IMG/VR virus record: IMGVR_UViG_3300032232_000969
Location: 1-30,667 of that record
Reading direction: 5' to 3' (one strand)
Source: a virus
Lineage: Duplodnaviria; Caudoviricetes
Length of the DNA: 30,667 nucleotides
The notes beneath the pieces are model-generated. The model searched no databases and was not told the DNA's origin. It saw only the letters and a program-made list of their open reading frames with translations. The position numbers and the translations under genes are program-made. This document shows positions 8,372 to 16,788 of this stretch, one piece after another (the stretch's first letter is position 1; every line of letters begins with the position of its first letter).

Positions 8372-10299
8372 TAAATTTCAAAGAATATCTAACCGAACAA
8401 GAAGATAAGCCAGCTGAAGGTCAAAAGCTTAAGCATCTTACTCATCTTGAAGACAATGTTATTCATGGCGGTCATGAAGGCGTAGGCACTGCAGCGCAGC
8501 ATTTAGATGATGTTCATGATACATTGCTTGGTAAAAACTCATCAACTCACGTTTCAACAAAGTATGATGGTGCACCTTCTATTGTATTTGGACAGCATCC
8601 ACAAACTGGCCAGTTCTTTGTTGCCTCTAAGTCCGCATTTAATAAAACACCAAAGATAAACTATACACCAGAAGATATTGATGCTAATCATGGGCATTCT
8701 CCTGGTCTTTCTCAAAAACTAAAAGATGCTTTGCAACATTTACCTAAGATTATGCCAAGAAACGGTGGTGTGTATCAGGGTGATATGATGTATTCAAAGC
8801 CAGATATCGAAAAGGGCAAAGGACAATATAATTTCACACCTAATGCTATTACCTATTCTACTCCACAGGATAGTGCACATGGTAAGGCAATTAAAAATTC
8901 AGAATTAGGTTTGGTTGTTCATACTCAATACGGCGGTAGTAATGATTTGGCTGGTATGTCAGCTAGTCCTCTTGGTGCAAAACAGAGAGATAAGTTCGAG
9001 CGTCATCCGGATGTACATAACATTGACCCAACTATTAAATCTAATCCTTCGAACTATACACCTGAAGATCAGCGTGAATTTCTAACCCATAAAGAGTTAG
9101 CAAAACAAACATATGGTAAGATGAAACCAGAGGCTATGGACGCTCTAGCTGGTCATGGTACTACACTTGAGGGTCATGTCAATCAGATGGTGCGAACAGG
9201 TGGTATACCTTCAACAGAAGGATATATGGATCATCTAACAACCAGACATCTTAAGGATGTTGAGAAGGTAAAAACTCAGGCGGCCAAAGATAAAAAAATA
9301 CAGGCACATGCTGCGATGATGCAGCACATTACTGATAACAAACCGCACTTTGACAAGGCTCTTGAATTACATGGCCATTTGCAAAGAGCAAAAGATGTTC
9401 TCACTCGTGTAATGGCAAAGAATAGTGAGTTTGCTCATAGTATTGCTGGTCAACCAACTGGCCCAGAAGGCGCAGTTGCTGTTGATAAACAAGGTAATAT
9501 GTCTAAGTTTGTTGATCGTGCTGAGTTCTCAAGACAAAACCTATTAGGAATGGGGCGCTTTCAAAAGCAACCAGTAAGTGAAAGTTTTTTAGCCGAAGGG
9601 GTTGAGCCAACACACGTTATGACGTTTATGCGTGCCAACCCCCCAACAGCTGGCCATGAAAAGGTTGTTAGTAAAGTATTAGATGTTGCTAAAGATACAG
9701 GTGGATCCCACAGCGTTGTTCTTTCACATTCACAAGATGCAGCGAAAAATCCACTACCTCCGTCAGTTAAATTAATGCACGCTAAACGTGCATTTCCTAA
9801 TGCAAACGTAGAAGCTTCATCAGAAGAACACCCATCACTTCTTCATCATGCAACTAGACTATATAACCAGGGTGTTAAAAACTTGCACTTAGTTGTCGGT
9901 CAAGATAGAGTTGGACAATTTAATTCTCTATTGAACAAATATAATGGTGTTGATAGCAAACACGGAATGTATAAATTTGATAATATTAATGTGCACTCGG
10001 CTGGTGATAGAGACCCTGATGCTGAAGGTGTCGAGGGTGTTTCTGGTACAATGATGCGTAAAGCTGCCAAAGAAGGTAACAGAGCATTATACCATATGGG
10101 TGCTTCTTCTGCTATGTCAGAAAAACATCGCGATGACATGATGAAGGACACTTTAAAACATTCTGAAATTAAAGAAGAAACTGTTCCTGTTCCTAATCAA
10201 GGTAATTCTCCATCTGTTGCTGAATTATCCGCTGCTGGTGCTGCGCAAGAAAGCGGGCCAAAAAGAATCAAGTTTAAAGAATTTAAAAAAGCTAAATAA
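8368..10299 (+). CDS. Fusion of an N-terminal ligase-like nucleotidyltransferase (KxDG) and a C-terminal cytidylyltransferase/NMNAT-like domain
   Basis: TKYDGAPS (K at 8560), YQGD, PEGAVAV and KFVDR resemble ligase motifs I/III/IV/V. FMRANPPTAGH (HxGH-like), VVGQDR and SGTMMR are cytidylyltransferase-superfamily motifs. N-terminus MINFKEYLTE. Confidence 0.75.
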   Translation: MINFKEYLTEQEDKPAEGQKLKHLTHLEDNVIHGGHEGVGTAAQHLDDVHDTLLGKNSSTHVSTKYDGAPSIVFGQHPQTGQFFVASKSAFNKTPKINYTPEDIDANHGHSPGLSQKLKDALQHLPKIMPRNGGVYQGDMMYSKPDIEKGKGQYNFTPNAITYSTPQDSAHGKAIKNSELGLVVHTQYGGSNDLAGMSASPLGAKQRDKFERHPDVHNIDPTIKSNPSNYTPEDQREFLTHKELAKQTYGKMKPEAMDALAGHGTTLEGHVNQMVRTGGIPSTEGYMDHLTTRHLKDVEKVKTQAAKDKKIQAHAAMMQHITDNKPHFDKALELHGHLQRAKDVLTRVMAKNSEFAHSIAGQPTGPEGAVAVDKQGNMSKFVDRAEFSRQNLLGMGRFQKQPVSESFLAEGVEPTHVMTFMRANPPTAGHEKVVSKVLDVAKDTGGSHSVVLSHSQDAAKNPLPPSVKLMHAKRAFPNANVEASSEEHPSLLHHATRLYNQGVKNLHLVVGQDRVGQFNSLLNKYNGVDSKHGMYKFDNINVHSAGDRDPDAEGVEGVSGTMMRKAAKEGNRALYHMGASSAMSEKHRDDMMKDTLKHSEIKEETVPVPNQGNSPSVAELSAAGAAQESGPKRIKFKEFKKAK

Positions 10300-10369
10300 G
10301 AACGTTAGTGCAGTATAGGCTATGGCAGACCTGCTCGATGTTCTTGGATAAGCCTAAAGGGAAACTCCA
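10292..10369 (+). promoter_or_regulatory. Late-promoter-like CTAAATA plus a structured (pseudoknot-like) 5' UTR
   Basis: CTAAATA at 10292-10298; stem 10298-10313 pairs with 10331-10345; loop TAGGCT pairs with AGCCTA next to the RBS. Confidence 0.5.
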
Positions 10370-11377
10370 ATGGTAAAAAAGTTTAAAACATTTGATCCTC
10401 AGCTAGTATTTGCAGAACATATTGCAGGATCTGCTATAGCTCTCACTAACGAAGCTAAACTATCACTATATAAAAAATCTCAAAAATCAGGTATACCTAC
10501 TAATGTACTGGAAACAGTATATTATCGTGGGTACAAGATATGGAACGAATCATTTGGCCAAACTCCAGAGCAGTTTGCCTTTGATCGTGTAAACTCATTC
10601 ATTGCTGGTGGATTCGCAGCAGATTTAGATGATGATCTACTAGAAGACGCCAAGGGTTATAAGAATCCAACTGGTGGACTTACTCAAAAGGGTAGAGATC
10701 ATTATAACAGAACTACTGGCAGTAACTTAAAGGCGCCAGTAACTACTCCTCCATCAAAATTAAAGGCTGGTTCAAAACCAGCTAATCGCCGTAAGTCATT
10801 TTGTGCCCGTATGGGTGGTATGGAAGGACCAATGAGAAAACCAAACGGCGAACCAACTCGTAAGGCATTGGCATTGCGTAAGTGGAACTGTGAAGAAACA
10901 CAGATCGACGAAAAGCGTGGTCTATGGGATAATATCCATGCTAAGAGAGAACGTATTAAGAATGGTTCTGGTGAACATATGCGTAAGCCTGGATCTAAGG
11001 GTGCACCAACTGATGCTGCATTAAAAAATTCACAGAACGAAGAACGAACTACATTAAGCACTATTAAAAGTGTAATAAGAGAAGAAGCTGCTTCTGACAG
11101 CGACAAGCTATCAAAGTTCAGAAAAGATTTGGCTGACAATAAAGCAAAAATACAAATAGACATGGCTGAAAAGGGTGAGAAACATCCTGCAACACAACAG
11201 CCTGCAGATTTTCTAAGTAGAAAGAGACATGCTGAAAAGTATACTCCTGATGGCATTGAAAAGCCAACAAAAGCAGGAGATGGTTTTGGTAGTGTACAAC
11301 AACACCTGAGAGGCACTTTGCAACAGCAAGTTCAAAGCAATCAGGGTGGTAAATTTAACATTCAAAGAAATAAATAA
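10370..11377 (+). CDS. Modular basic protein, probable internal virion protein
   Basis: Distinct small modules (KKSQKSGIP...AFDRVNSF; GGLTQKGR...RRKSFCARM...LRKWNC; GLWDNIHAKR...GAPT) separated by acidic LLE, IDE, NEE and IREE linkers. Confidence 0.7.
   Translation: MVKKFKTFDPQLVFAEHIAGSAIALTNEAKLSLYKKSQKSGIPTNVLETVYYRGYKIWNESFGQTPEQFAFDRVNSFIAGGFAADLDDDLLEDAKGYKNPTGGLTQKGRDHYNRTTGSNLKAPVTTPPSKLKAGSKPANRRKSFCARMGGMEGPMRKPNGEPTRKALALRKWNCEETQIDEKRGLWDNIHAKRERIKNGSGEHMRKPGSKGAPTDAALKNSQNEERTTLSTIKSVIREEAASDSDKLSKFRKDLADNKAKIQIDMAEKGEKHPATQQPADFLSRKRHAEKYTPDGIEKPTKAGDGFGSVQQHLRGTLQQQVQSNQGGKFNIQRNK
11369..11376 (+). promoter_or_regulatory. Late-promoter-like element
   Basis: AATAAATA upstream of an AAGGAG RBS and ATG 11406. 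Confidence 0.45.
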
Positions 11378-11405
11378 CTAATGATTCATTATAAGGAGAA
11401 ATGAA

Positions 11406-11831
11406 ATGGACGTTTTAATTGGTTTAGGTTTTCTTGGTTTAGTAGTATGGTATATCTATAAGAAGGTTGGCGTAGCAGCTGACGTTAACAATGATGGCAA
11501 GGTTGACGCCGAAGATGCAAAGGTAGGCATGGATATGGCTGCCGGAGCAGAAGTTGTTGTTGCAAAGGCAGTTGAAGAAATTAAGGTTGAAACTGCCAAG
11601 ATTGAAGAAGTTGCAGTAGCAAAGTATAAAGAAGAATTGGCAGCTTTTGTTGAAACAGAAACTAAAGTAGCAAAAGAACTAGTTGCTGAAGTTGAAAAGG
11701 TAGTCGAAGAAGTTAAGGCAGTAGAAGCCAAAGTTGAAGAAAAAGTCGAAGAAATCGTTGCTGATGTCGAAGAAGTTGTTGAAGAAGTAGTACAGAAGTC
11801 CAAAAAGGGTCGTAAGGCAAAGGCGAAGTAA
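11406..11831 (+). CDS. Membrane-anchored Glu/Val/Ala-rich protein
   Basis: N-terminal TM helix, EF-hand-like loop DVNNDGKVDAED, acidic VEE repeats and a basic tail; strong RBS. Confidence 0.75.
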   Translation: MDVLIGLGFLGLVVWYIYKKVGVAADVNNDGKVDAEDAKVGMDMAAGAEVVVAKAVEEIKVETAKIEEVAVAKYKEELAAFVETETKVAKELVAEVEKVVEEVKAVEAKVEEKVEEIVADVEEVVEEVVQKSKKGRKAKAK

Positions 11832-12268
11832 TGAATGAACTTATTCAAGAAATGAAGGTATCGCTTGCGAGCACCTTCACCTTTTATTTAAAGGCTCATG
11901 GTTTCCATTGGAATGTGGAAGGACCAAACTTTCCACAATACCATGAGTTTCTTGGGGATCTTTGGGAAGAAGCATTTGGAGCAGTTGATCCGCTCGCAGA
12001 ACACCTACGTACATTAGATGCATATGCGCCCGCATCTCTTGGACGTTATACCGAGCTATCGATTGTCAAGGATGAAATCAATATTCCTGCTGCTATTAGT
12101 ATGATGTCTAAACTTAGAAATGACAATCAGGCACTTATTGAACAATTGACTAAAACTCAGAAACTCGCCGAACAAAATAAAAAAATGGGATTGGCCAATT
12201 TCCTACAGGACCGCATCGATGCTCATGAAAAACATGGCTGGATGCTTCGTTCAATTACTAAGGGTTAA
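11831..12268 (+). CDS. dps: Dps ferritin-like DNA-protection protein
   Basis: HGFHWNVEGPNF, HEFLGDLWEE, DPLAEHLR and EKHGWML ferroxidase-centre signature; 145 aa. Confidence 0.92.
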   Translation: MNELIQEMKVSLASTFTFYLKAHGFHWNVEGPNFPQYHEFLGDLWEEAFGAVDPLAEHLRTLDAYAPASLGRYTELSIVKDEINIPAAISMMSKLRNDNQALIEQLTKTQKLAEQNKKMGLANFLQDRIDAHEKHGWMLRSITKG

Positions 12269-12272
12269 TTAG

Positions 12273-14108
12273 ATGACAAAGCACGTAAGCCTCGAACATG
12301 CTATTAGAAACGCTGTAAGAGACCAGCAGTATAAGAAGCCAATGAATGAAGATAAAGAATGGGAAAAGGATTCAGCTGCTGTAAAAGCTTCTACAGATAA
12401 AAAATTCGTCAGTAAGATGATCGATAAGTGGGGCGAACGTGGTGGTGCATGGCTTAATCATCCAGCAATTACTGGTGCTGATAAAAATAAACCAGTTAAT
12501 GAAGCCAAAAAAGAAGAAAAAGAAGATGGTGACAGCGATAACTGGGCAACAAGATATGCAAAAGGATTAAAGCAAGCAGTAATAGATATAGGTTCTGGTG
12601 CACCAGAAACAGTATCAAGCTTACGAGGCGCTGAAGCGGCTCATAGAGGCGCAATCCATGGTACTACTGGAAGAGATGCGCCTGTTGACCCTAGCGAAAT
12701 TGGTGATATATCTCGAGTTGGTGTTGAGGCGAGTCGTAAACTTGGTGGAAAATATGGTCCAGCTGCTAAAAAAGATAAAGATACTGAAGTAAAAGCATCA
12801 GTAGATGCATATACACCACAATACGATAAAGAAAAAGAAAACGTAGAAAAATTAAAACAGGAAAAGCCAGATGCATATAAAGCTGGTGTTGCTTTGGGGC
12901 AGTACGCTCCGGATTTTACCAGCATTTATAGTTTAGGTAAATGGGGGCTTTCAAAATTAAAATCAAAGCCTGCTGTAGAACCATCAGCTGCACCTAAAGC
13001 TGTTGAACCTACATCTACACCAGCGCCTAAAGCTGTTCCTGAGCCATCAGCGCCTAAAGCTGTTGAAGCTCCAACACCTGCATCTACAGCAAAAGAGTTA
13101 GTTCCTTCTGAATTTAAATCTACAAAGGCGCCAATTCCAGCAAGTGATAATATTCCTGGTAGTGCAAAACCAATAGCTGAACCAGTAACACCTAAATCTG
13201 CTCCCCCTGAACCAATTCAACCAGGTGGCAAAAAGCCACCTGCTAATCAAAATCTTGAACCTGAGGTAAAGGGTACAGGCACAGAAGGTTTGGCTCCAAA
13301 CCCAAAAGCTGCAGAACCTCCAAGACCACAAAAACCATATGATACGGGTGTAAAAACAACAAAAGAAGCTCCACCAACGCCTGCTAATGTCAACAAACCT
13401 GATGTTGTTCCACAAGGCACACCATCACCAGGAGGCGCTACTCCTCTTCCTGGCGTAAAGATAACCAATAGACCTGTTGGCCCAAAACCAGCTAATGTGC
13501 CAGAACCAGCTACTGCACCAGTTCCAGCAAAGATGCCTGTAGCAGCACCAAGACCAGCGCCTGTAAGAGTGCCAGAACCAGCTACTGCACCAGTTCCAAA
13601 AATAAGACCACAACCAATTAGACCAGGAGCAGGTCCTAAACCACCTCCTCGCCCCCCTCGCCCAATTCCTCGCCCTCCTCGCAGATTATTACCAATTCCT
13701 CTTCCATCTCTAGGTCGTAGCGATTACAAAGCGCCAGCAGGAAGTAATGAATATCATGATGTTCCAGTTAAAACATCTGTAAGTCAAGCACGTGGTCATA
13801 GAAAATTTGGGTCAACCTCAGTTTCTCGTTTTAAACAGTTCAGAGAAGAAACTGGTCCTGATAACACACGTCGTAAGGATTCATCAAAGGAACTAGTGGG
13901 TCGTCCTGACTCGGCTGGTGTTAAGGATCCTAAGTCAGTACTTGCTAGAAATGGTTCAATCAAAACTAAAATCATTGATGAAGAAAAGAAACTAGCAGGT
14001 GTTGTAAAGTCTGTTGTTAAAAAGAAAAAAGAAGAAAAAGAAAGTGGTCCAAATCCATTGGTTGATTTTGAGCCAAAGCTTAATCATAAATACGATAACG
14101 AAACCTGA
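12273..14108 (+). CDS. Large Pro/Ala/Lys-rich low-complexity protein, probable internal virion protein
   Basis: 611 aa with a long PAPKAVEP/PRP-rich middle and KPMNE, KPVNE, FKQFREE and IIDEE motifs. Confidence 0.7.
   Translation: MTKHVSLEHAIRNAVRDQQYKKPMNEDKEWEKDSAAVKASTDKKFVSKMIDKWGERGGAWLNHPAITGADKNKPVNEAKKEEKEDGDSDNWATRYAKGLKQAVIDIGSGAPETVSSLRGAEAAHRGAIHGTTGRDAPVDPSEIGDISRVGVEASRKLGGKYGPAAKKDKDTEVKASVDAYTPQYDKEKENVEKLKQEKPDAYKAGVALGQYAPDFTSIYSLGKWGLSKLKSKPAVEPSAAPKAVEPTSTPAPKAVPEPSAPKAVEAPTPASTAKELVPSEFKSTKAPIPASDNIPGSAKPIAEPVTPKSAPPEPIQPGGKKPPANQNLEPEVKGTGTEGLAPNPKAAEPPRPQKPYDTGVKTTKEAPPTPANVNKPDVVPQGTPSPGGATPLPGVKITNRPVGPKPANVPEPATAPVPAKMPVAAPRPAPVRVPEPATAPVPKIRPQPIRPGAGPKPPPRPPRPIPRPPRRLLPIPLPSLGRSDYKAPAGSNEYHDVPVKTSVSQARGHRKFGSTSVSRFKQFREETGPDNTRRKDSSKELVGRPDSAGVKDPKSVLARNGSIKTKIIDEEKKLAGVVKSVVKKKKEEKESGPNPLVDFEPKLNHKYDNET
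13497..13598 (+). repeat. 30-bp exact direct repeat inside the Pro-rich CDS
   Basis: GTGCCAGAACCAGCTACTGCACCAGTTCCA at 13497-13526 and 13569-13598 (VPEPATAPVP). Shorter CCTAAAGCTGTT repeats occur at about 12990-13065. Confidence 0.9.
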
Positions 14109-14119
14109 TCGGGAAAGAT

Positions 14120-15793
14120 ATGAGCAAAGATCCAAAAGATCCAATTAACGAAGTATTAAATCAAGTTCCACGTGGACCACGTGTACCTAACTATAGACCA
14201 TTTGGTAGTTATAATCCACAGTATGGTGGCGCACGAGGTATGGATAATGGTATTTTACCAGCCATATCTGCTGGTTTGAATGTGGCTTCTGGTATAAGTT
14301 CAATGGCTTCAAGATTTATGCCTCGTCCAAATTACCCATCGCAGCAATCAGCTCCTTCAGTAGCTCCTCCTGCACCACGTCCAGCTGCAGCCTCGCCAGC
14401 TGGTGGTAGTAATCCATATGGTTTTGCTGCTTCAGGTTCTGATGAAGATACAGCTGCTAATTTCTTTGCTGCTGACAAGCGTATGCAACAAGCACAGGCT
14501 GCTAGACCAGCTCCAACACCAAAGCCAGTTGCGGCTCCTGCACCAGCTCCAATGCCAGCTCCAATGCCTGTTCCTAGACCAGCTGATACGAATAAAATAG
14601 ATCCAGAAACTATAAAGAAAAATACTACGGGAATGGATGTAAGGGATGAAACAGGGATGTTATCCAATTTAAGAAGAAATCCAGAAACTGGAGATCTATA
14701 TGATCCAGGAACAAAACCAGTAGCACCCGTAAAAGATACAAGTATTCCAGCAAATCTTCCTGCTCAAGGCAAAGAAGAAAAAGAATCAGGACCAACTAAA
14801 AAGGGCAATAAGATGTCAGAATCAAAAATTATCGATGCATTTCTAAGACTACAAGCAACAGAACATTCTAACATCTTCGAGGCAGCCAAGAAGGCCAAGA
14901 AGGATTGGGACAAAGACGGTAAGGTTGAGTCTGGAAAAGACGAATACCTTGGTTCAAAGATTGCTGCTGCCAAGAAGGCTGGCAAGATGGAAGAAGAACT
15001 AAAGGGCGATCAAGACAAGATTGATGCCAATAAAAATGGTAAAATTGATTCCGACGACTTCAGAAAACTACGTTCAGGAAAGAAGTCTGAAAAGATGAAA
15101 GCCTATCGTGCTGATAGAGACAAGCATGGTGAAATGGAAGAAGAAGTTGAGTTCTCCGAAACAGAACTAGCACACTTCGAAGCAGTTATTGCTCGTAAGG
15201 ATCAGAAGGGTAAGGAAAGAGGTATCGGTGATACTGTCGCCTCTGAGGATCTTACTGATGAGTATATTGGTGAAGCAGCAAAGGTAACAAAGTTAGAACC
15301 TGGTAGAGCAAAAGGTCTTCCTGCCACTTCACAAATTCCTAAGAAGCGTGGTGTTAAGGCTGGCACTAAACGTGGTTCTTATAAGGGCAAAACTCATCGT
15401 GGCGGTATGTCTAAAGCAGAAACATCAGAGCCAGCAGAAGAGCCAAAGGGCGTTCCACATGTTCTAGATCAGATCCGTCATGGTCATGAAGACGAGCATG
15501 GTTTCAAGTCAATCACACATCCAGCTTCTTCACTCGACGCACCTGTAACTAAGAAAATCCATCGTTCAGAACTACATGGCTTCTATGATAGATACCATAA
15601 TACTGAAAAGCCAGCTGCTAAGGAAAAGGAATACTCATCATTCCTTGGTAAACATTTCGGCGATGAAAGAAGTTCTGCACCAACTCATAAGAGCGTAACT
15701 ACTGATCTTTCAAAGGTTGAGAAGTCAAATCTAAAGGGTGGTGGTGCAAAGCCAACTCTTGGTGGTAGCAAGCTTGTGGGCGGTAGTAAATAA
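14120..15793 (+). CDS. Low-complexity modular protein with EF-hand-like loops, probable internal virion protein
   Basis: Pro-rich N-terminal part; DWDKDGKVES and DANKNGKIDSDD loops; Lys/Glu-rich segments; PINE, IFE and MEEE motifs. Confidence 0.7.
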   Translation: MSKDPKDPINEVLNQVPRGPRVPNYRPFGSYNPQYGGARGMDNGILPAISAGLNVASGISSMASRFMPRPNYPSQQSAPSVAPPAPRPAAASPAGGSNPYGFAASGSDEDTAANFFAADKRMQQAQAARPAPTPKPVAAPAPAPMPAPMPVPRPADTNKIDPETIKKNTTGMDVRDETGMLSNLRRNPETGDLYDPGTKPVAPVKDTSIPANLPAQGKEEKESGPTKKGNKMSESKIIDAFLRLQATEHSNIFEAAKKAKKDWDKDGKVESGKDEYLGSKIAAAKKAGKMEEELKGDQDKIDANKNGKIDSDDFRKLRSGKKSEKMKAYRADRDKHGEMEEEVEFSETELAHFEAVIARKDQKGKERGIGDTVASEDLTDEYIGEAAKVTKLEPGRAKGLPATSQIPKKRGVKAGTKRGSYKGKTHRGGMSKAETSEPAEEPKGVPHVLDQIRHGHEDEHGFKSITHPASSLDAPVTKKIHRSELHGFYDRYHNTEKPAAKEKEYSSFLGKHFGDERSSAPTHKSVTTDLSKVEKSNLKGGGAKPTLGGSKLVGGSK

Positions 15794-15975
15794 TGACTGA
15801 CAATACTGAGGGGGATTCTATTCCCCCTTCTACCCCTGAAGCAGATTTTAAGCATAAAGATGCTATTATAATTACCACAGAAAAATACATTATTGTTAAA
15901 GATGAAAGCTTAGAAAAGCTTTATAATAAGAAATCATCATATCTATCGGATATGATTTCAATAGATTCAGATTAA
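15793..15975 (+). CDS. Hypothetical protein
   Basis: TAATG coupling to the upstream gene; 60 aa; ends at the next late promoter. Confidence 0.5.
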   Translation: MTDNTEGDSIPPSTPEADFKHKDAIIITTEKYIIVKDESLEKLYNKKSSYLSDMISIDSD

Positions 15976-15983
15976 TATAAATA
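15976..15983 (+). promoter_or_regulatory. T4-type late promoter
   Basis: TATAAATA followed by an AGGAGG RBS and ATG 16012. Confidence 0.85.
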
Positions 15984-16011
15984 TAATAAATTCTCTAGGA
16001 GGAAAAATCTA

Positions 16012-16500
16012 ATGGCACAATGGGGTAGAAACGATCAGTCTGTTACAGCTAACAGCACTACTACTAAAGAAACTTCAACTGGCGCACCAATCGGTACTTA
16101 CGCACTTGTAAATGGTGGCGCTACTTCAAATATTGCAGCAATTGCTGCAGCACATACACCAAACGGGCACTTTGGTAACACATCTTCTGGATCACGTGCT
16201 GCTATTGATGCTGCTATGTTCGGTAACACAACTCAGAATGCATTTAGATCAGGTGTAGCTGTTGGTGTTTTTGGCGTTGGAGCTAATAGTGGTGGTGCAG
16301 CTGGAGTAGAAGCTGCTGTTACCAAATCTGTAGCACATGCTGGTTGGGTTCTTCGTACAGTTGGATCTGGTGGTCGTGCTGGACGTGTTCAATATGAAAC
16401 GCTTGTAGCTATGGGTTCACTTGGCGCTCAAACAGCATCATATGGTACAGCAGCATCAGTAGCAGACGCAGCAGACGACGCAGTTATTCCTGACGCATAA
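16012..16500 (+). CDS. Probable virion structural protein
   Basis: MAQWG N-terminus and HAGWVLRT..GGRAGRVQYETLVAM C-terminal motif as in T4-like structural proteins; Gly/Ala/Thr-rich; late promoter and strong RBS. Confidence 0.7.
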   Translation: MAQWGRNDQSVTANSTTTKETSTGAPIGTYALVNGGATSNIAAIAAAHTPNGHFGNTSSGSRAAIDAAMFGNTTQNAFRSGVAVGVFGVGANSGGAAGVEAAVTKSVAHAGWVLRTVGSGGRAGRVQYETLVAMGSLGAQTASYGTAASVADAADDAVIPDA

Positions 16501-16515
16501 TATTAGGATTATAAC

Positions 16516-16788
16516 ATGACTGACCAAAGTAAAAAGGTCTCGCAGCTTACAATAGCTACAAGTGCGGCAAACACAGACAGGGTTGTTCTTTTGAGCAACC
16601 CTTCTACTAATGCATCTTTAAAAACTATTGCATTAACAAACTTGTCATTGCCTGTTAATCTATCGAATTCTGTACCAGCAAATTCCACATCAGTTGGAAC
16701 TGCTGGTTCAATACGTTATGATTCAAGTTATATCTATGTTTGCACTGCAAACAACACTTGGAAAAGGTCTGCTCTTACAACTTGGTAA
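16516..16788 (+). CDS. Small structural/fibre-like protein
   Basis: KKVSQL N-terminus and a G.AGSIRYDSSYIYVCTANNTWKR.AL.TW C-terminus typical of phage fibre modules. Confidence 0.65.
   Translation: MTDQSKKVSQLTIATSAANTDRVVLLSNPSTNASLKTIALTNLSLPVNLSNSVPANSTSVGTAGSIRYDSSYIYVCTANNTWKRSALTTW

Noticed and set aside
10702-11848. Long minus-strand ORFs (10702-11316 and 11456-11848)
   Set aside because: They are antisense shadows of biased, low-complexity plus-strand genes, with no RBS, promoter or recognisable motifs.
12970-13700. Repeats as a possible CRISPR array or DGR template
   Set aside because: The repeats are in-frame, irregularly spaced and encode Pro/Ala-rich peptide units. There are no unique spacers and no cas or reverse transcriptase gene in the window.
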